NCBI GenBank assembly: GCA_041663145.1
Contig: JBAZRG010000005.1
Coordinates: forward strand, 1 to 41,310
Origin: Minisyncoccota bacterium
Lineage (GTDB): Bacteria > Patescibacteriota > Minisyncoccia > Phycocordibacterales > PALSA-1337
DNA: 41,310 nucleotides
Reading direction: 5' to 3'
The notes under the pieces are model-generated. The model was not told the DNA's origin. It saw only the letters and a list, made by a program, of their open reading frames with translations, and did not search any database. Below, in pieces: positions 26,601 to 34,949 of this stretch (the stretch's first letter is position 1; each line of letters begins with the position of its first letter). A program made the translations under genes and the position numbers.

Positions 26601-27947
26601 ATGAATGACTACTCAAAAATGTGGCAAACTGCTCTTGTGGAAATCGAATCCGCAGTATCACAAGCCAACTTCTCTACATGGTTCAAAGAAACTAGCATAC
26701 TGCGAGAGGAAGAGGGGGTGGTATATCTAGGTGTTCCAAATTCTTTTACCCAAGAATGGCTCTTTAAGAAGTTTCATAACTCTATTTTGAGGATTTTACG
26801 TCAGATGAACGACGGCGTTAGGGCATTGGAGTATGTTGTCATGAAAGAGCACGATGGAAAGAAGGAGGATTCCAAGAAAAAGTTGGCGACACCGCCTACG
26901 ATGTCCATGCCTTTGCAAGATTTCTATATCAACAAGGACGACAACCTCAATCCTCGCTATACATTTGAAAATTTCGTAGTCGGACCATTCAATGAAGTCG
27001 CTCACGCCGCCTCCCAAACAGTCATTAAGAGCCCTGGTCAGCTATATAACCCACTATTCGTCTACGGTAGTACAGGTAGAGGTAAAACGCACCTGATCCA
27101 AGCTGTAGGGAATCAGATAAAAGTCTTTCACCCAAACAAAAAAGTCTACTATCTCACCTCGGAAAGATTCGGTTCAGAATTCTTCATGGCCATACAAGAA
27201 GGTAAGGTTCAACAATTCAAAGACAAATACAGAAAGTACGATGTTGTGATCATGGACGATATACAGTTTTTCTCGAATAAGGACAAATTTCAAGAGGAAC
27301 TCTTTCATTTCTTCAATACATTTCATGATACAGGCAGACAACTGGTGTTTTCGTCAGATCGACACCCAAATGTCATTCCAGGTATCGAGGATCGCCTCAG
27401 GGGGCGGTTCAGTGTCGGAATGATCGTCGACATCCCAGAACCAGACCACGAATCAAGGATGGCTATAGTGCGCACAAAATGCGCCGTACACAACATCACA
27501 CTTTCAACTGAGATAGTAGAGTTTATCTCCGCTGCAGTCGAGGATAATATAAGAGAGATAGAGGGAATAGTGAACGTCATAGCCTGTCAGACTCAACTGC
27601 GAAACAGAGAATTGAACCTAAATGAGATAAAAAACATCTTAAAAAATAGCGCTAAACCAAAGAAAACAGTATCAATAAAAGATATAGTCAAAGTTATTTC
27701 GGAATTTTACAATATAGACGAAGAAAGTATATTCAATAAAACCCGACGCAAAGAAGTAGTACGCCCAAGACAAGTTCTCATGTATATATTACGTGAAGAC
27801 TATAGCATTTCTTTTCCTTCAATCGGGGAAAAGCTTGGTGGTCGAGATCATACAACAGTCATTCACTCTTATGAAAAGGTAAAAGAAGAGATAAAGAATG
27901 ATGTAGTTTTGTCCCAAGAGATAAATCAGCTCAGATCGATGATATAG
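26601..27947 (+). CDS. dnaA: Chromosomal replication initiator DnaA
   Basis: 448 aa. LNPRYTFENFVVG, Walker A GSTGRGKTHL, VVIMDDIQF, and the C-terminal DNA-binding helix (RPRQVLMYILRE..S.PSIGEKLGGRDHTTVIHSYEKV). Confidence 0.97.
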   Translation: MNDYSKMWQTALVEIESAVSQANFSTWFKETSILREEEGVVYLGVPNSFTQEWLFKKFHNSILRILRQMNDGVRALEYVVMKEHDGKKEDSKKKLATPPTMSMPLQDFYINKDDNLNPRYTFENFVVGPFNEVAHAASQTVIKSPGQLYNPLFVYGSTGRGKTHLIQAVGNQIKVFHPNKKVYYLTSERFGSEFFMAIQEGKVQQFKDKYRKYDVVIMDDIQFFSNKDKFQEELFHFFNTFHDTGRQLVFSSDRHPNVIPGIEDRLRGRFSVGMIVDIPEPDHESRMAIVRTKCAVHNITLSTEIVEFISAAVEDNIREIEGIVNVIACQTQLRNRELNLNEIKNILKNSAKPKKTVSIKDIVKVISEFYNIDEESIFNKTRRKEVVRPRQVLMYILREDYSISFPSIGEKLGGRDHTTVIHSYEKVKEEIKNDVVLSQEINQLRSMI

Positions 27948-28180
27948 CTGTGGAAATGATGTGGAAAACCATCTAATCCAATACGTTTATCTTGAGGATA
28001 CGTGGAAGATAATTTATAAGACAAATAGAAATCAGATTATAAGCAAACAATATCCACAATATTAGATAACCGTTAAAATGAAAATGTGTTGAACAATAAG
28101 GTTTAAAAAAGATATTAACTTTTCCACAGTCCTAATATAAATAATAAACTTTTATAAAGAAATACTAAAAGAATACTATT
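27948..28180. promoter_or_regulatory. Candidate oriC (DnaA-box cluster plus AT-rich unwinding region) in the dnaA-dnaN spacer
   Basis: Boxes read directly: TGTGGAAAT 27949-27957 and TGTGGAAAA 27960-27968 (reverse complement of wTTTCCACA), ATATCCACA 28050-28058, TTTTCCACA 28120-28128. An AT-rich run follows at about 28133-28180. Weaker boxes lie upstream of dnaA (ATATTCACA 26515-26523, TTATCAACA 26526-26534). Confidence 0.6.
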
Positions 28181-29287
28181 ATGAAACTAGAGATTAATTT
28201 TCAAAAATTAAAGAACGCGATTCAACTAATCGAAAGAATTTCTGGAAAGCATATGACCCTTCAAGTACTTTCATGTATTTTGCTAGATGTTTCGAAAAAC
28301 ACAGCAACTTTCAAAGCAACAAACCTGGATATAGGAATAGAAATAAAAGTTCCAGTAAAATCAAGTGAAGATGCTGTACTTGCTATTCCTGCACATATTA
28401 TTTCTTCTTTCGTTTCTCAAGTTTTTGATCAAAATCAGACAGTTACTCTTGAAACTGTGGCTGGTAATCTCCACATTATCACTTCAAAATCAAAAGGTGT
28501 TATCAAGACTGTTCCACCAGAAGACTTTCCAACAATTCCAGTAGTTACTGATGGTCTAGAAACCACAATTTCTGCCAATCTATTAGTAAGTGGTCTCAAA
28601 TCTGTAGCATACAGCTCTTCAGTTTCCAGTGTAAAACCAGAGTTATCGAGTGTATACATATACAAAGAGAGTGAACATATGGTTTTTGTTGCCACAGATT
28701 CATTTCGTCTAGCTGAGAAGAAGGTCAAAATACCCACAAGCTCAAAAATGAACGATGTACTCATACCTTTCAAAAATATATCTGAGATTATTCGTATATT
28801 GGAAAGTATGGGCGACATGGTAAAGATAAAGATGAATAAAAATCTTATTTCATTTGAAGTCGACGGTGTTTATGCAGTATCACGAATCATCGATGGGGTT
28901 TTTCCAGACTATCGTCAGATCGTGCCGAAGAACTACTCAACCGAAGTTGTAGTTTTGAAGCAAGATTTATTAAACGCCCTAAAGATTTCAAATATTTTTT
29001 CAGATAAATTCAACCAAATACACGTTACGGTCGATCCGAAAGCAAAATTATTTGAAATACAAACAAAGAATAATGATGTTGGGGAGAATATCACTGCTAT
29101 AGATGCCGCTTTGTCGGGGGAGAGAGTCGAAATCAACTTCAATTACAAATATATAGTCGACTGTTTTCAGTCTATCGATGCTGATAGTGTGGCATTGCAA
29201 CTAGGTGGTATCAACCGTCCCATGGTCATTCGTCCGGTATCTGGAGACCAAACATTCATGTATTTGGCGATGCCGATGAATAGATAA
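28181..29287 (+). CDS. dnaN: DNA polymerase III beta sliding clamp
   Basis: 368 aa, directly after dnaA/oriC. The length, three-domain beta-rich pattern and C-terminal MVIRPV......YLAMPM are typical of DnaN. Confidence 0.95.
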   Translation: MKLEINFQKLKNAIQLIERISGKHMTLQVLSCILLDVSKNTATFKATNLDIGIEIKVPVKSSEDAVLAIPAHIISSFVSQVFDQNQTVTLETVAGNLHIITSKSKGVIKTVPPEDFPTIPVVTDGLETTISANLLVSGLKSVAYSSSVSSVKPELSSVYIYKESEHMVFVATDSFRLAEKKVKIPTSSKMNDVLIPFKNISEIIRILESMGDMVKIKMNKNLISFEVDGVYAVSRIIDGVFPDYRQIVPKNYSTEVVVLKQDLLNALKISNIFSDKFNQIHVTVDPKAKLFEIQTKNNDVGENITAIDAALSGERVEINFNYKYIVDCFQSIDADSVALQLGGINRPMVIRPVSGDQTFMYLAMPMNR

Positions 29288-29288
29288 T

Positions 29289-29549
29289 ATGTTTGGAATC
29301 AGTCATTTATTGTCTCGGATTCAAAATGTCTTTTTAAAAGAGACTCTGGCGAGATCGTGTATTGCTAAGATCATTTCCAATACTATAGGTGTAGATGTGC
29401 CTGTCGAATCTGTCAGTATAAAGGGCTCAACTATTTTACTTCTCAATACGAGTCAGTCGATGCGGACGGCGATTTTCATAAAAAAACAAGCCATACTGAA
29501 AGAGTTTGCGGCGAACGAAGAAACTAAAAATTTTTTAGATATTAGATAG
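29289..29549 (+). CDS. Small DUF721/DciA-like protein (tentative)
   Basis: 86 aa, starting 1 nt after the dnaN stop. Position and sequence pattern (..V.SVSIKGSTILLLNTSQSMRTAIFIKKQAILKEF) resemble DUF721-type proteins found next to dnaN. The assignment is weak. Confidence 0.5.
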   Translation: MFGISHLLSRIQNVFLKETLARSCIAKIISNTIGVDVPVESVSIKGSTILLLNTSQSMRTAIFIKKQAILKEFAANEETKNFLDIR

Positions 29550-32070
29550 AAGCTTTGAAAACTACTGAGGCTTCGCTTTTATTGTAGACCTGGTCATAAA
29601 CAATAACTGTAAGAGTATTGTTTTCAATCAATTCCGCCACATCTTCAGGTACGAATGATATCGAAAGAGGAGTTTCTTCATTGGTTAGGACATACTTGCC
29701 ATTCAGATAGACTTCGGTTTTTCGTGCCGGAAACTTTCCGCTTATGCCGATTTGAATATTTAGAGTAGTTCGACGATTTATCAATTCTTCAGGTTTTGGA
29801 GACAAAATGGTTATTTTAGGAGCATTATTAGGTGTGTGTACGTCATCAGTCTCGGTTGGAACGACCATTGTTGTTGTTTCCTTGAACTCAGGATGACTTT
29901 TTTGCCAAACATCAAACCATTTGCGTACACCATATTCCCATGATTCATACTGGGAATCGTCGTTAGGTTGAGTCGGTATAGGTCCTCTAGGATCGTCTTT
30001 GTTGACCCAATGAAGAATAGTGTGAACATTATTGAAGATAATTTCCTTTGTTGTTTCGGGTGGAGTGTATTCAGATGCAAGTTTTCCAGATACTGTGTCC
30101 ACTTTGTATGATTGGCCACCAGACCAGATCCCTCGTAGTATAGTTTTACCATCAGTGAGAGGGGTGGGGGGTTCAGTGAAACTTGATGGTGGATAATTTG
30201 GAGCGACTTGTGACATAAATGATCCCCAAAGCGGAGATATGATGAGGCCCGCTACATTTTGTTCCATCGGTACATTGTCATTGTTTCCAGCCCAAGCACC
30301 GACGACCAGATCTGATGTATATCCCAAGGTCCAAACGTCTCTGTAGTCATTTGTTGTACCAGTTTTGATGGCTACCGGTCGTCCTACGCTTTCACCGATC
30401 GGTTTTAAACTGTTCATTCGAACACTTGTGTCTGAAAGGATACTAGTGATCTGTCGAGCGATAGTGGGGTCTAGAGCTTCGACTGGGTTTGTATTACTTT
30501 TTTCTAGTAGATTGCCTTTATTATCATATACTTCCAATATGGATCGATACGGATTTCTTTGTCCATCGTTGGCAAATACACCGTATGCACTAGTAAGATC
30601 CAAAAGACTGACTTCACCGCCTCCAAGTACGAGAGTCAATCCATAACGATTTGGATCGTTTAGACTAGTGATTCCCATGTTATGGGCTGTCTTTATCGAT
30701 TCAGGCATGCCAGCAAGATATAGAGCTTTTACGGCCGGTATGTTTCTAGATTGAGCCAGTGCTCGACGTGCTTGCATAGGACCTTCAAAGATATGGTCGT
30801 ACTCATCGGGACTGTAACAGACTTTTTCTGGATCATCTGAAGGATTTCTCGTTTTTCCTTCTGGAGTACAAAGTGTGGAAAATTCAGTTTCAGTATCAAA
30901 GAGTATAGTTTCTGGGGTGTATCCTTTTTTAAACAAGCTGGCGTAAACAAACGGTTTGAATGTTGATCCTGGCTGACGCAATGCCAGAGTAACATTGAAA
31001 TTACCATCTATGGTTTCGTCAAAATAATCTCTAGATCCAACCATTGTGAGGATGTCTCCAGTCTTAGGATCGAGGGCTACCATGGCGGTGTTGCTGGCAT
31101 TAAAGTTTGTTGCCAGAGATTCACTGAATTTCAATATAACTTCTTCGGCTTTTTGTTGCATGGTGTAATCAAGCGTTGTTATGACTTTCATGCCGCCTTG
31201 CATCACTGCCTCTTCGCCGTATTTTTCCAAGAGATAGTCTCGAACGAACATTACGAAATGTGGAGCACGTATACCTCCAGATTCTTTTGAAAGAAACTGG
31301 ACTTTTTCGTTGAGAGCGACATCATATTCTTCTTTACTTATTGATCCCAACTCCAACATTCGTTTCAAAACCAACCTTTGTCTGGATTCCAAAGCTTCTC
31401 GATGGGTTCCATATGGTGAATAATAAGTCGGCGCCTGTGGTATGGCGGATAAATAGGCTGATTGTGCCAAACTCAAATCCTTGGCTGGTCGTCCGAAGAA
31501 TGCTTGACTAGCTTCCTCGACTCCATATAAGGTGCCTCCATACGGACTTTCATTAAGATATGTCTCCAGTATTTTTTCTTTACTGACGGCACGCGTGAGT
31601 TTGATGGCCAAGACCCATTCTTTTATCTTTCTAGTAATCGTCTTGTCTTGAGTCAAAAGGGAATTTTTGACGACCTGTTGAGTGATAGTTGAGGCGCCTT
31701 GGCTGTATCCTCCGGTTGTGAAGTTTGCGATTATGGCGCGTACTATAGATGTCGGCTCTATGCCGATATTATTGTAAAAATTTGAGTCTTCGATTGCTAT
31801 GGTGCCTTTTTGGATGAATGGGGAAATGTCTGAAAGGGGAACCATGGTCATCTTTGCATTTGTTCCAGTGTCGAACAAAAGAATCGTTCCCGTTCGATCG
31901 TAGATTTTAGTTGATTCTATGATCTTGCGTGTTTCAAAAGAGTTGAGATCGGGCATCTTGAGCATTGCAACCCAAAGAGCTGCTGCACCGATGAAAACAA
32001 GTAATGCTGATAATCCGAGTAATATCAGCTTTTTTACATGACGAAAAGCTCGTTTTTTTTGCCTAGACAT
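29542..32070 (-). CDS. Class A penicillin-binding protein (glycosyltransferase plus transpeptidase) with long C-terminal extension
   Basis: 842 aa. N-terminal TM; GT51 motifs (IAIEDSNFYNNIGIE, GASTITQQVVKN, RKIKEWVLAIKL); transpeptidase SxxK (PGSTFKPF) and KTG (IKTGTTNDYRDVW); about 260 further residues after KTG. Confidence 0.93.
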   Translation of the reverse strand: MSRQKKRAFRHVKKLILLGLSALLVFIGAAALWVAMLKMPDLNSFETRKIIESTKIYDRTGTILLFDTGTNAKMTMVPLSDISPFIQKGTIAIEDSNFYNNIGIEPTSIVRAIIANFTTGGYSQGASTITQQVVKNSLLTQDKTITRKIKEWVLAIKLTRAVSKEKILETYLNESPYGGTLYGVEEASQAFFGRPAKDLSLAQSAYLSAIPQAPTYYSPYGTHREALESRQRLVLKRMLELGSISKEEYDVALNEKVQFLSKESGGIRAPHFVMFVRDYLLEKYGEEAVMQGGMKVITTLDYTMQQKAEEVILKFSESLATNFNASNTAMVALDPKTGDILTMVGSRDYFDETIDGNFNVTLALRQPGSTFKPFVYASLFKKGYTPETILFDTETEFSTLCTPEGKTRNPSDDPEKVCYSPDEYDHIFEGPMQARRALAQSRNIPAVKALYLAGMPESIKTAHNMGITSLNDPNRYGLTLVLGGGEVSLLDLTSAYGVFANDGQRNPYRSILEVYDNKGNLLEKSNTNPVEALDPTIARQITSILSDTSVRMNSLKPIGESVGRPVAIKTGTTNDYRDVWTLGYTSDLVVGAWAGNNDNVPMEQNVAGLIISPLWGSFMSQVAPNYPPSSFTEPPTPLTDGKTILRGIWSGGQSYKVDTVSGKLASEYTPPETTKEIIFNNVHTILHWVNKDDPRGPIPTQPNDDSQYESWEYGVRKWFDVWQKSHPEFKETTTMVVPTETDDVHTPNNAPKITILSPKPEELINRRTTLNIQIGISGKFPARKTEVYLNGKYVLTNEETPLSISFVPEDVAELIENNTLTVIVYDQVYNKSEASVVFKASI

Positions 32071-32100
32071 GTAGGAATTATTATAGCAGAAAATATCCTT

Positions 32101-32364
32101 CTAAGCCTCCCACTTGTCACCAAATGGATCTATTTCATCTTCAATCCCAGCTTCTTCAGCTGATTCATCCGCCTCATCTTCTGTTGCTAAAGGATCGGTT
32201 TCAGGTTTTTCATCCAAGATTGATAGGCTTTCAGGTTCATCTAACTCTATTGGTGCCTTTGATTTGCTTAAAGTAGGTGAAATGATTTCTTCTTCGGCAA
32301 CCAACTCCTTGGTTACCGGCTTTTTTGATCGCATTGTTTTTGTTTGCGTGCTTTTTAGAGGCAT
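32101..32364 (-). CDS. Hypothetical small, highly acidic protein
   Basis: 87 aa. Basic first ~20 aa (KSTQTKTMRSKKPVTK), then a D/E-rich disordered sequence ending DPFGDKWEA. It lies 30 nt upstream of the PBP gene on the same strand. Coding status rests on ORF length and position only. Confidence 0.5.
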   Translation of the reverse strand: MPLKSTQTKTMRSKKPVTKELVAEEEIISPTLSKSKAPIELDEPESLSILDEKPETDPLATEDEADESAEEAGIEDEIDPFGDKWEA

Positions 32365-32464
32365 ACGCTATGTTTTAATTTTTGTAAAATCTCTACTTGC
32401 ATACGTTGTAACAAAGATGATTATCTTTTGCAAGAAATGTCGACTGTGGATAATTGGGAATTAA

Positions 32465-32559
32465 ACTTGCCCCCAGCAACATGTCCCTCTGTACGCCTGC
32501 GGGCGCTATCGCTGGTCACAATCCTCGGCGTACAGAGGGACATGTTGCTGGGGGCAAGT
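32465..32559. repeat. 95-nt hairpin element with 33-bp perfect arms and conserved apical core (element B)
   Basis: Arms 32465..32497 (ACTTGCCCCCAGCAACATGTCCCTCTGTACGCC) and 32527..32559 are exact reverse complements. With the CC/GG at the inner ends of the arms, the apex reads CCTGCGGGCGCTATCGCTGG...TCCTCGG, matching the core of element A. It lies 16 nt downstream of the ruvC stop. Confidence 0.9.
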
Positions 32560-32575
32560 CACAAAACCAATCGTA

Positions 32576-33058
32576 TCAACTTCTCCTACAGGCGGAATGG
32601 GTGAGAGCCACGGCAATCGCATCAAATTCATCGTCGAGCATTTTTTTCTTCGGTATTTTCACGAGCAGGCCTATCATCTTTATGATTCTTTCTTTATCGC
32701 TCGTTCCGTCACCGGTCACAGCTGATTTTATTTGCATTGGCGTGTATTCGAAAATAGGAATATCGTTTTTTGCGGCCTCATATAAGATAATGCCTCTAGC
32801 TTCCGAGACACGCATCGCGGTCTTTTGGTTTTTTGTTATAAAAAGATTTTCTATGGCTAGAGCCCCGGGTTTGTATTCTTTAAAAATCCGCTCGATTTCT
32901 TGGCCGATTTGTTTGAATCGAAAATATATAGTATCTTTGTTTGAAGTTTGGAAACAAGCCGAATACAAGACATTTTCTTTTCTGGAATCATCTGGATCTT
33001 TTTCGATCACTGCGATGCCGAGACGATCGTATCCAGGATCAATTCCGATGATTTTCAT
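32576..33058 (-). CDS. ruvC: Crossover junction endodeoxyribonuclease RuvC
   Basis: ORF 32576..33118. The ATG at 33058 gives MKIIGIDPGYDRLGIAVIE.. (canonical RuvC N-terminus), and DEFDAIAVALTH lies near the C-terminus. It starts 4 nt after the yebC stop. Confidence 0.9.
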   Translation of the reverse strand: MKIIGIDPGYDRLGIAVIEKDPDDSRKENVLYSACFQTSNKDTIYFRFKQIGQEIERIFKEYKPGALAIENLFITKNQKTAMRVSEARGIILYEAAKNDIPIFEYTPMQIKSAVTGDGTSDKERIIKMIGLLVKIPKKKMLDDEFDAIAVALTHSACRRS

Positions 33059-33062
33059 GAGT

Positions 33063-33593
33063 TTATTCCGCGTTTGTAAACACTTCCTGAACATCATCAA
33101 TATTTTCCAAGTCCTCAACTAGTTTGGAAAGAGTTGTTATATCAGCATCTTCAAGAGGCATTGTCGAAGTTGGCTCCCAGCCACCATGGGTTTTTTGGAA
33201 AGCCCATGAAGCACTGCCTGGCGAAGCTAGTTCGAAACCGTTAAGTGAAAGTATGTGCTTTATTTCTTGAGCCGTCTTGTTGCGGTTGTCGGTCAACGTA
33301 GAAATGAGAATCGCTATGCCACCGGGTCCATAAGTTTCATATATGATGTTTTCCATTGTCGCACTGTTGTCTGTCAAAGCTTTCTTTACTGCTCGATCTA
33401 TAGTGTCATTTGGCATGTTTTCTTTGCGGGCTTTTTCGATTGCAGCGGCCAGACCAGGGGAAGTCATATTTCCTTTGGCAATTTTGGCTTCGACGGTGAT
33501 GAGACGGACGTATTTGCCGAACTGCTTGCTTTTAGCAGCATCATTTTTTGCTTTGATATGTTTTATTTTCGAAAATTTGTTGTGTCCGGACAT
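33063..33593 (-). CDS. yebC: YebC/PmpR-family protein (short, 176 aa)
   Basis: MSGHNKFSKIKHIKAKNDAAKSKQFGKY, IEKARKENMPNDTIDRAVKKA, YETYGPGGIAILISTLTDNRNKTAQEI and LENIDDVQEVFTN are YebC signatures. It is about 60-70 aa shorter than typical family members. Confidence 0.85.
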   Translation of the reverse strand: MSGHNKFSKIKHIKAKNDAAKSKQFGKYVRLITVEAKIAKGNMTSPGLAAAIEKARKENMPNDTIDRAVKKALTDNSATMENIIYETYGPGGIAILISTLTDNRNKTAQEIKHILSLNGFELASPGSASWAFQKTHGGWEPTSTMPLEDADITTLSKLVEDLENIDDVQEVFTNAE

Positions 33594-33627
33594 GGTGGTG
33601 TGGATTATTTTTTGTAAATGAAAATAA

Positions 33628-34638
33628 TTATAATAATTTTGCTGATCCTTTGACCCCTATATGCAAATACGCTTTGTCGGTTGCGATACGACCACGTGGA
33701 GTTCGTTCGAGCAAGCCGAGCTGGATCAGGTACGGCTCGTAGACTTCTTCGATGGTTGCTTGTTCCTCGGAAAGGGCAGCCGCAATGGTGTTCAAACCCA
33801 CGGGACCACCGCCAAATTTGTTGATGATGGTTTTTAGGATGTCTCGATCTGCTCCAGTGAGGCCGATGGTATCTACACCAAGCATGAGAAGCGCTTTTTC
33901 TACGACTTCTCGAGATAGCGAAGTCTTGTTAATTTGAGCGTAATCACGGCATCTTTTCAGGTGATAATTGGCTGTACGTGGCGTAAATCTGGAACGAGTG
34001 GCGATTTCTTTGACTGCATCGGCATGAATATCGATATTCAATATCTTTGAAGATCGTTCTATGATCTGTCCGATTTCCTCGTTAGAATAAAATTCCAGTT
34101 TGAAGACTCCACCGGAAAAACGCGATCGTAAAGGAGCGGAAATCATGGCTATTCGTGTTGTGGCGGCTATGAGTGTGAATCTTGGTAGATCGAGTTGTAT
34201 AGTTCGAGCTGATGGACCTTTGCCAATGATGATATCGAGTGTCCCAGTTTCCATAGCAGGGTAGAGTACTTCCTCGATAGATTTATTTAGTCGGTGTATC
34301 TCGTCTATAAATAGAATGTCGCCTGTCGATAGGTTGGTAAGTACTGAAGCCAGATCACCAACTTTTAGAATTGCTGGTCCGGAGGTGATCTTCATCTGTG
34401 CGCCGGTCTCTTTGGCGATCAAATGAGCCAAGGTAGTCTTGCCGAGTCCGGGTGGTCCATAGAAAAGGACGTGCTCTGGAGGGTGTTTACGTTCTTTGGC
34501 CGCCGTGAGAAGTATGTGGAGGTTGTCCTTGATGTTCTTTTGACCGATGTATTCGTTCCAACGCGAAGGTCGTAGGGTCTGGTCCAAAAAACCAGTCTCC
34601 TTCTCGTCCGGCGGGGTATTGTGAGAAATGCTTGACAT
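33628..34638 (-). CDS. ruvB: Holliday junction branch migration ATPase RuvB
   Basis: 336 aa. LRPSRWNEYIGQ, Walker A GPPGLGKTTLA, ILFIDEIHRL, TLIAATTR and RGTPR-like TPRTANYHLKRCRDYA. Confidence 0.97.
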   Translation of the reverse strand: MSSISHNTPPDEKETGFLDQTLRPSRWNEYIGQKNIKDNLHILLTAAKERKHPPEHVLFYGPPGLGKTTLAHLIAKETGAQMKITSGPAILKVGDLASVLTNLSTGDILFIDEIHRLNKSIEEVLYPAMETGTLDIIIGKGPSARTIQLDLPRFTLIAATTRIAMISAPLRSRFSGGVFKLEFYSNEEIGQIIERSSKILNIDIHADAVKEIATRSRFTPRTANYHLKRCRDYAQINKTSLSREVVEKALLMLGVDTIGLTGADRDILKTIINKFGGGPVGLNTIAAALSEEQATIEEVYEPYLIQLGLLERTPRGRIATDKAYLHIGVKGSAKLL

Positions 34639-34689
34639 TTGGATTAGTATATGCTAGTATAGCAGACGTAGCAATGGTCTCGAGTTCGT

Positions 34690-34833
34690 GAACCTCTAAG
34701 CAATGGCCTTCCCAGGTTTGGGCATAGTCCTAAGGACATTCTGGTTGTAACACTTCGGTGTTGCGTACTGGAATTATCCTCGGGACTCTGCCTCGCATGG
34801 CGCATCATGCGCCGTGATATTGCTTAGAGATTC
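34690..34833 (+). ncRNA. Candidate structured ncRNA (three-way junction core), class unknown
   Basis: Closing stem 34690-34704/34819-34833 (15 bp, 1 mismatch). A long hairpin 34721-34792 is capped by C(UUCG)G (loop 34754-34757). A second hairpin is 34796-34816 (9 bp). Further hairpins follow at 34850-34868 and 34877-34903. Five G.U pairs on the plus strand would be A.C mismatches on the minus strand, so I tentatively call the plus strand. No ORF of 60 aa or more lies in 34639-34949. Confidence 0.4.
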
Positions 34834-34949
34834 TCGACCTTGAATCGGTGTTCATCTCTAGGATGAACGAACAATTTTCGGAAGCGAGATGCTTCTAACC
34901 GAATCCTACCCCTGTCCACAGGAAAAAAGCAATTGACAGAATATGTCCA

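Noticed and set aside
10120-32559. Interpreting the four long hairpins as MITEs, IS ends, attC sites or a CRISPR-like array
   Set aside because: The arms are unrelated between copies and I saw no target-site duplications. No transposase, integrase or cas genes are present, and there are no regularly spaced direct repeats. attC sites have conserved ends and variable centres, which is the opposite of elements A and B.
32454-33122. 222-aa plus-strand ORF
   Set aside because: It lies exactly antisense to ruvC, which has clear family motifs. The sequence is low-complexity and hydrophobic, typical of a shadow ORF.
33255-33621. Two overlapping plus-strand ORFs (120 aa and 92 aa)
   Set aside because: They are antisense to the well-supported yebC CDS and are hydrophobic, low-complexity shadow ORFs.
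34640-34949. Attempt to assign the structured gap to RNase P RNA, tmRNA, SRP RNA or a retron/omega-type guide RNA
   Set aside because: There is no GAGGAAAGUCC-type P4 strand, no tRNA-like acceptor/T-arm 3' end or tag ORF, and no SRP domain IV GGAA/AGCA motif. No RT, TnpB or IscB gene is nearby. It is therefore left as an unassigned candidate.
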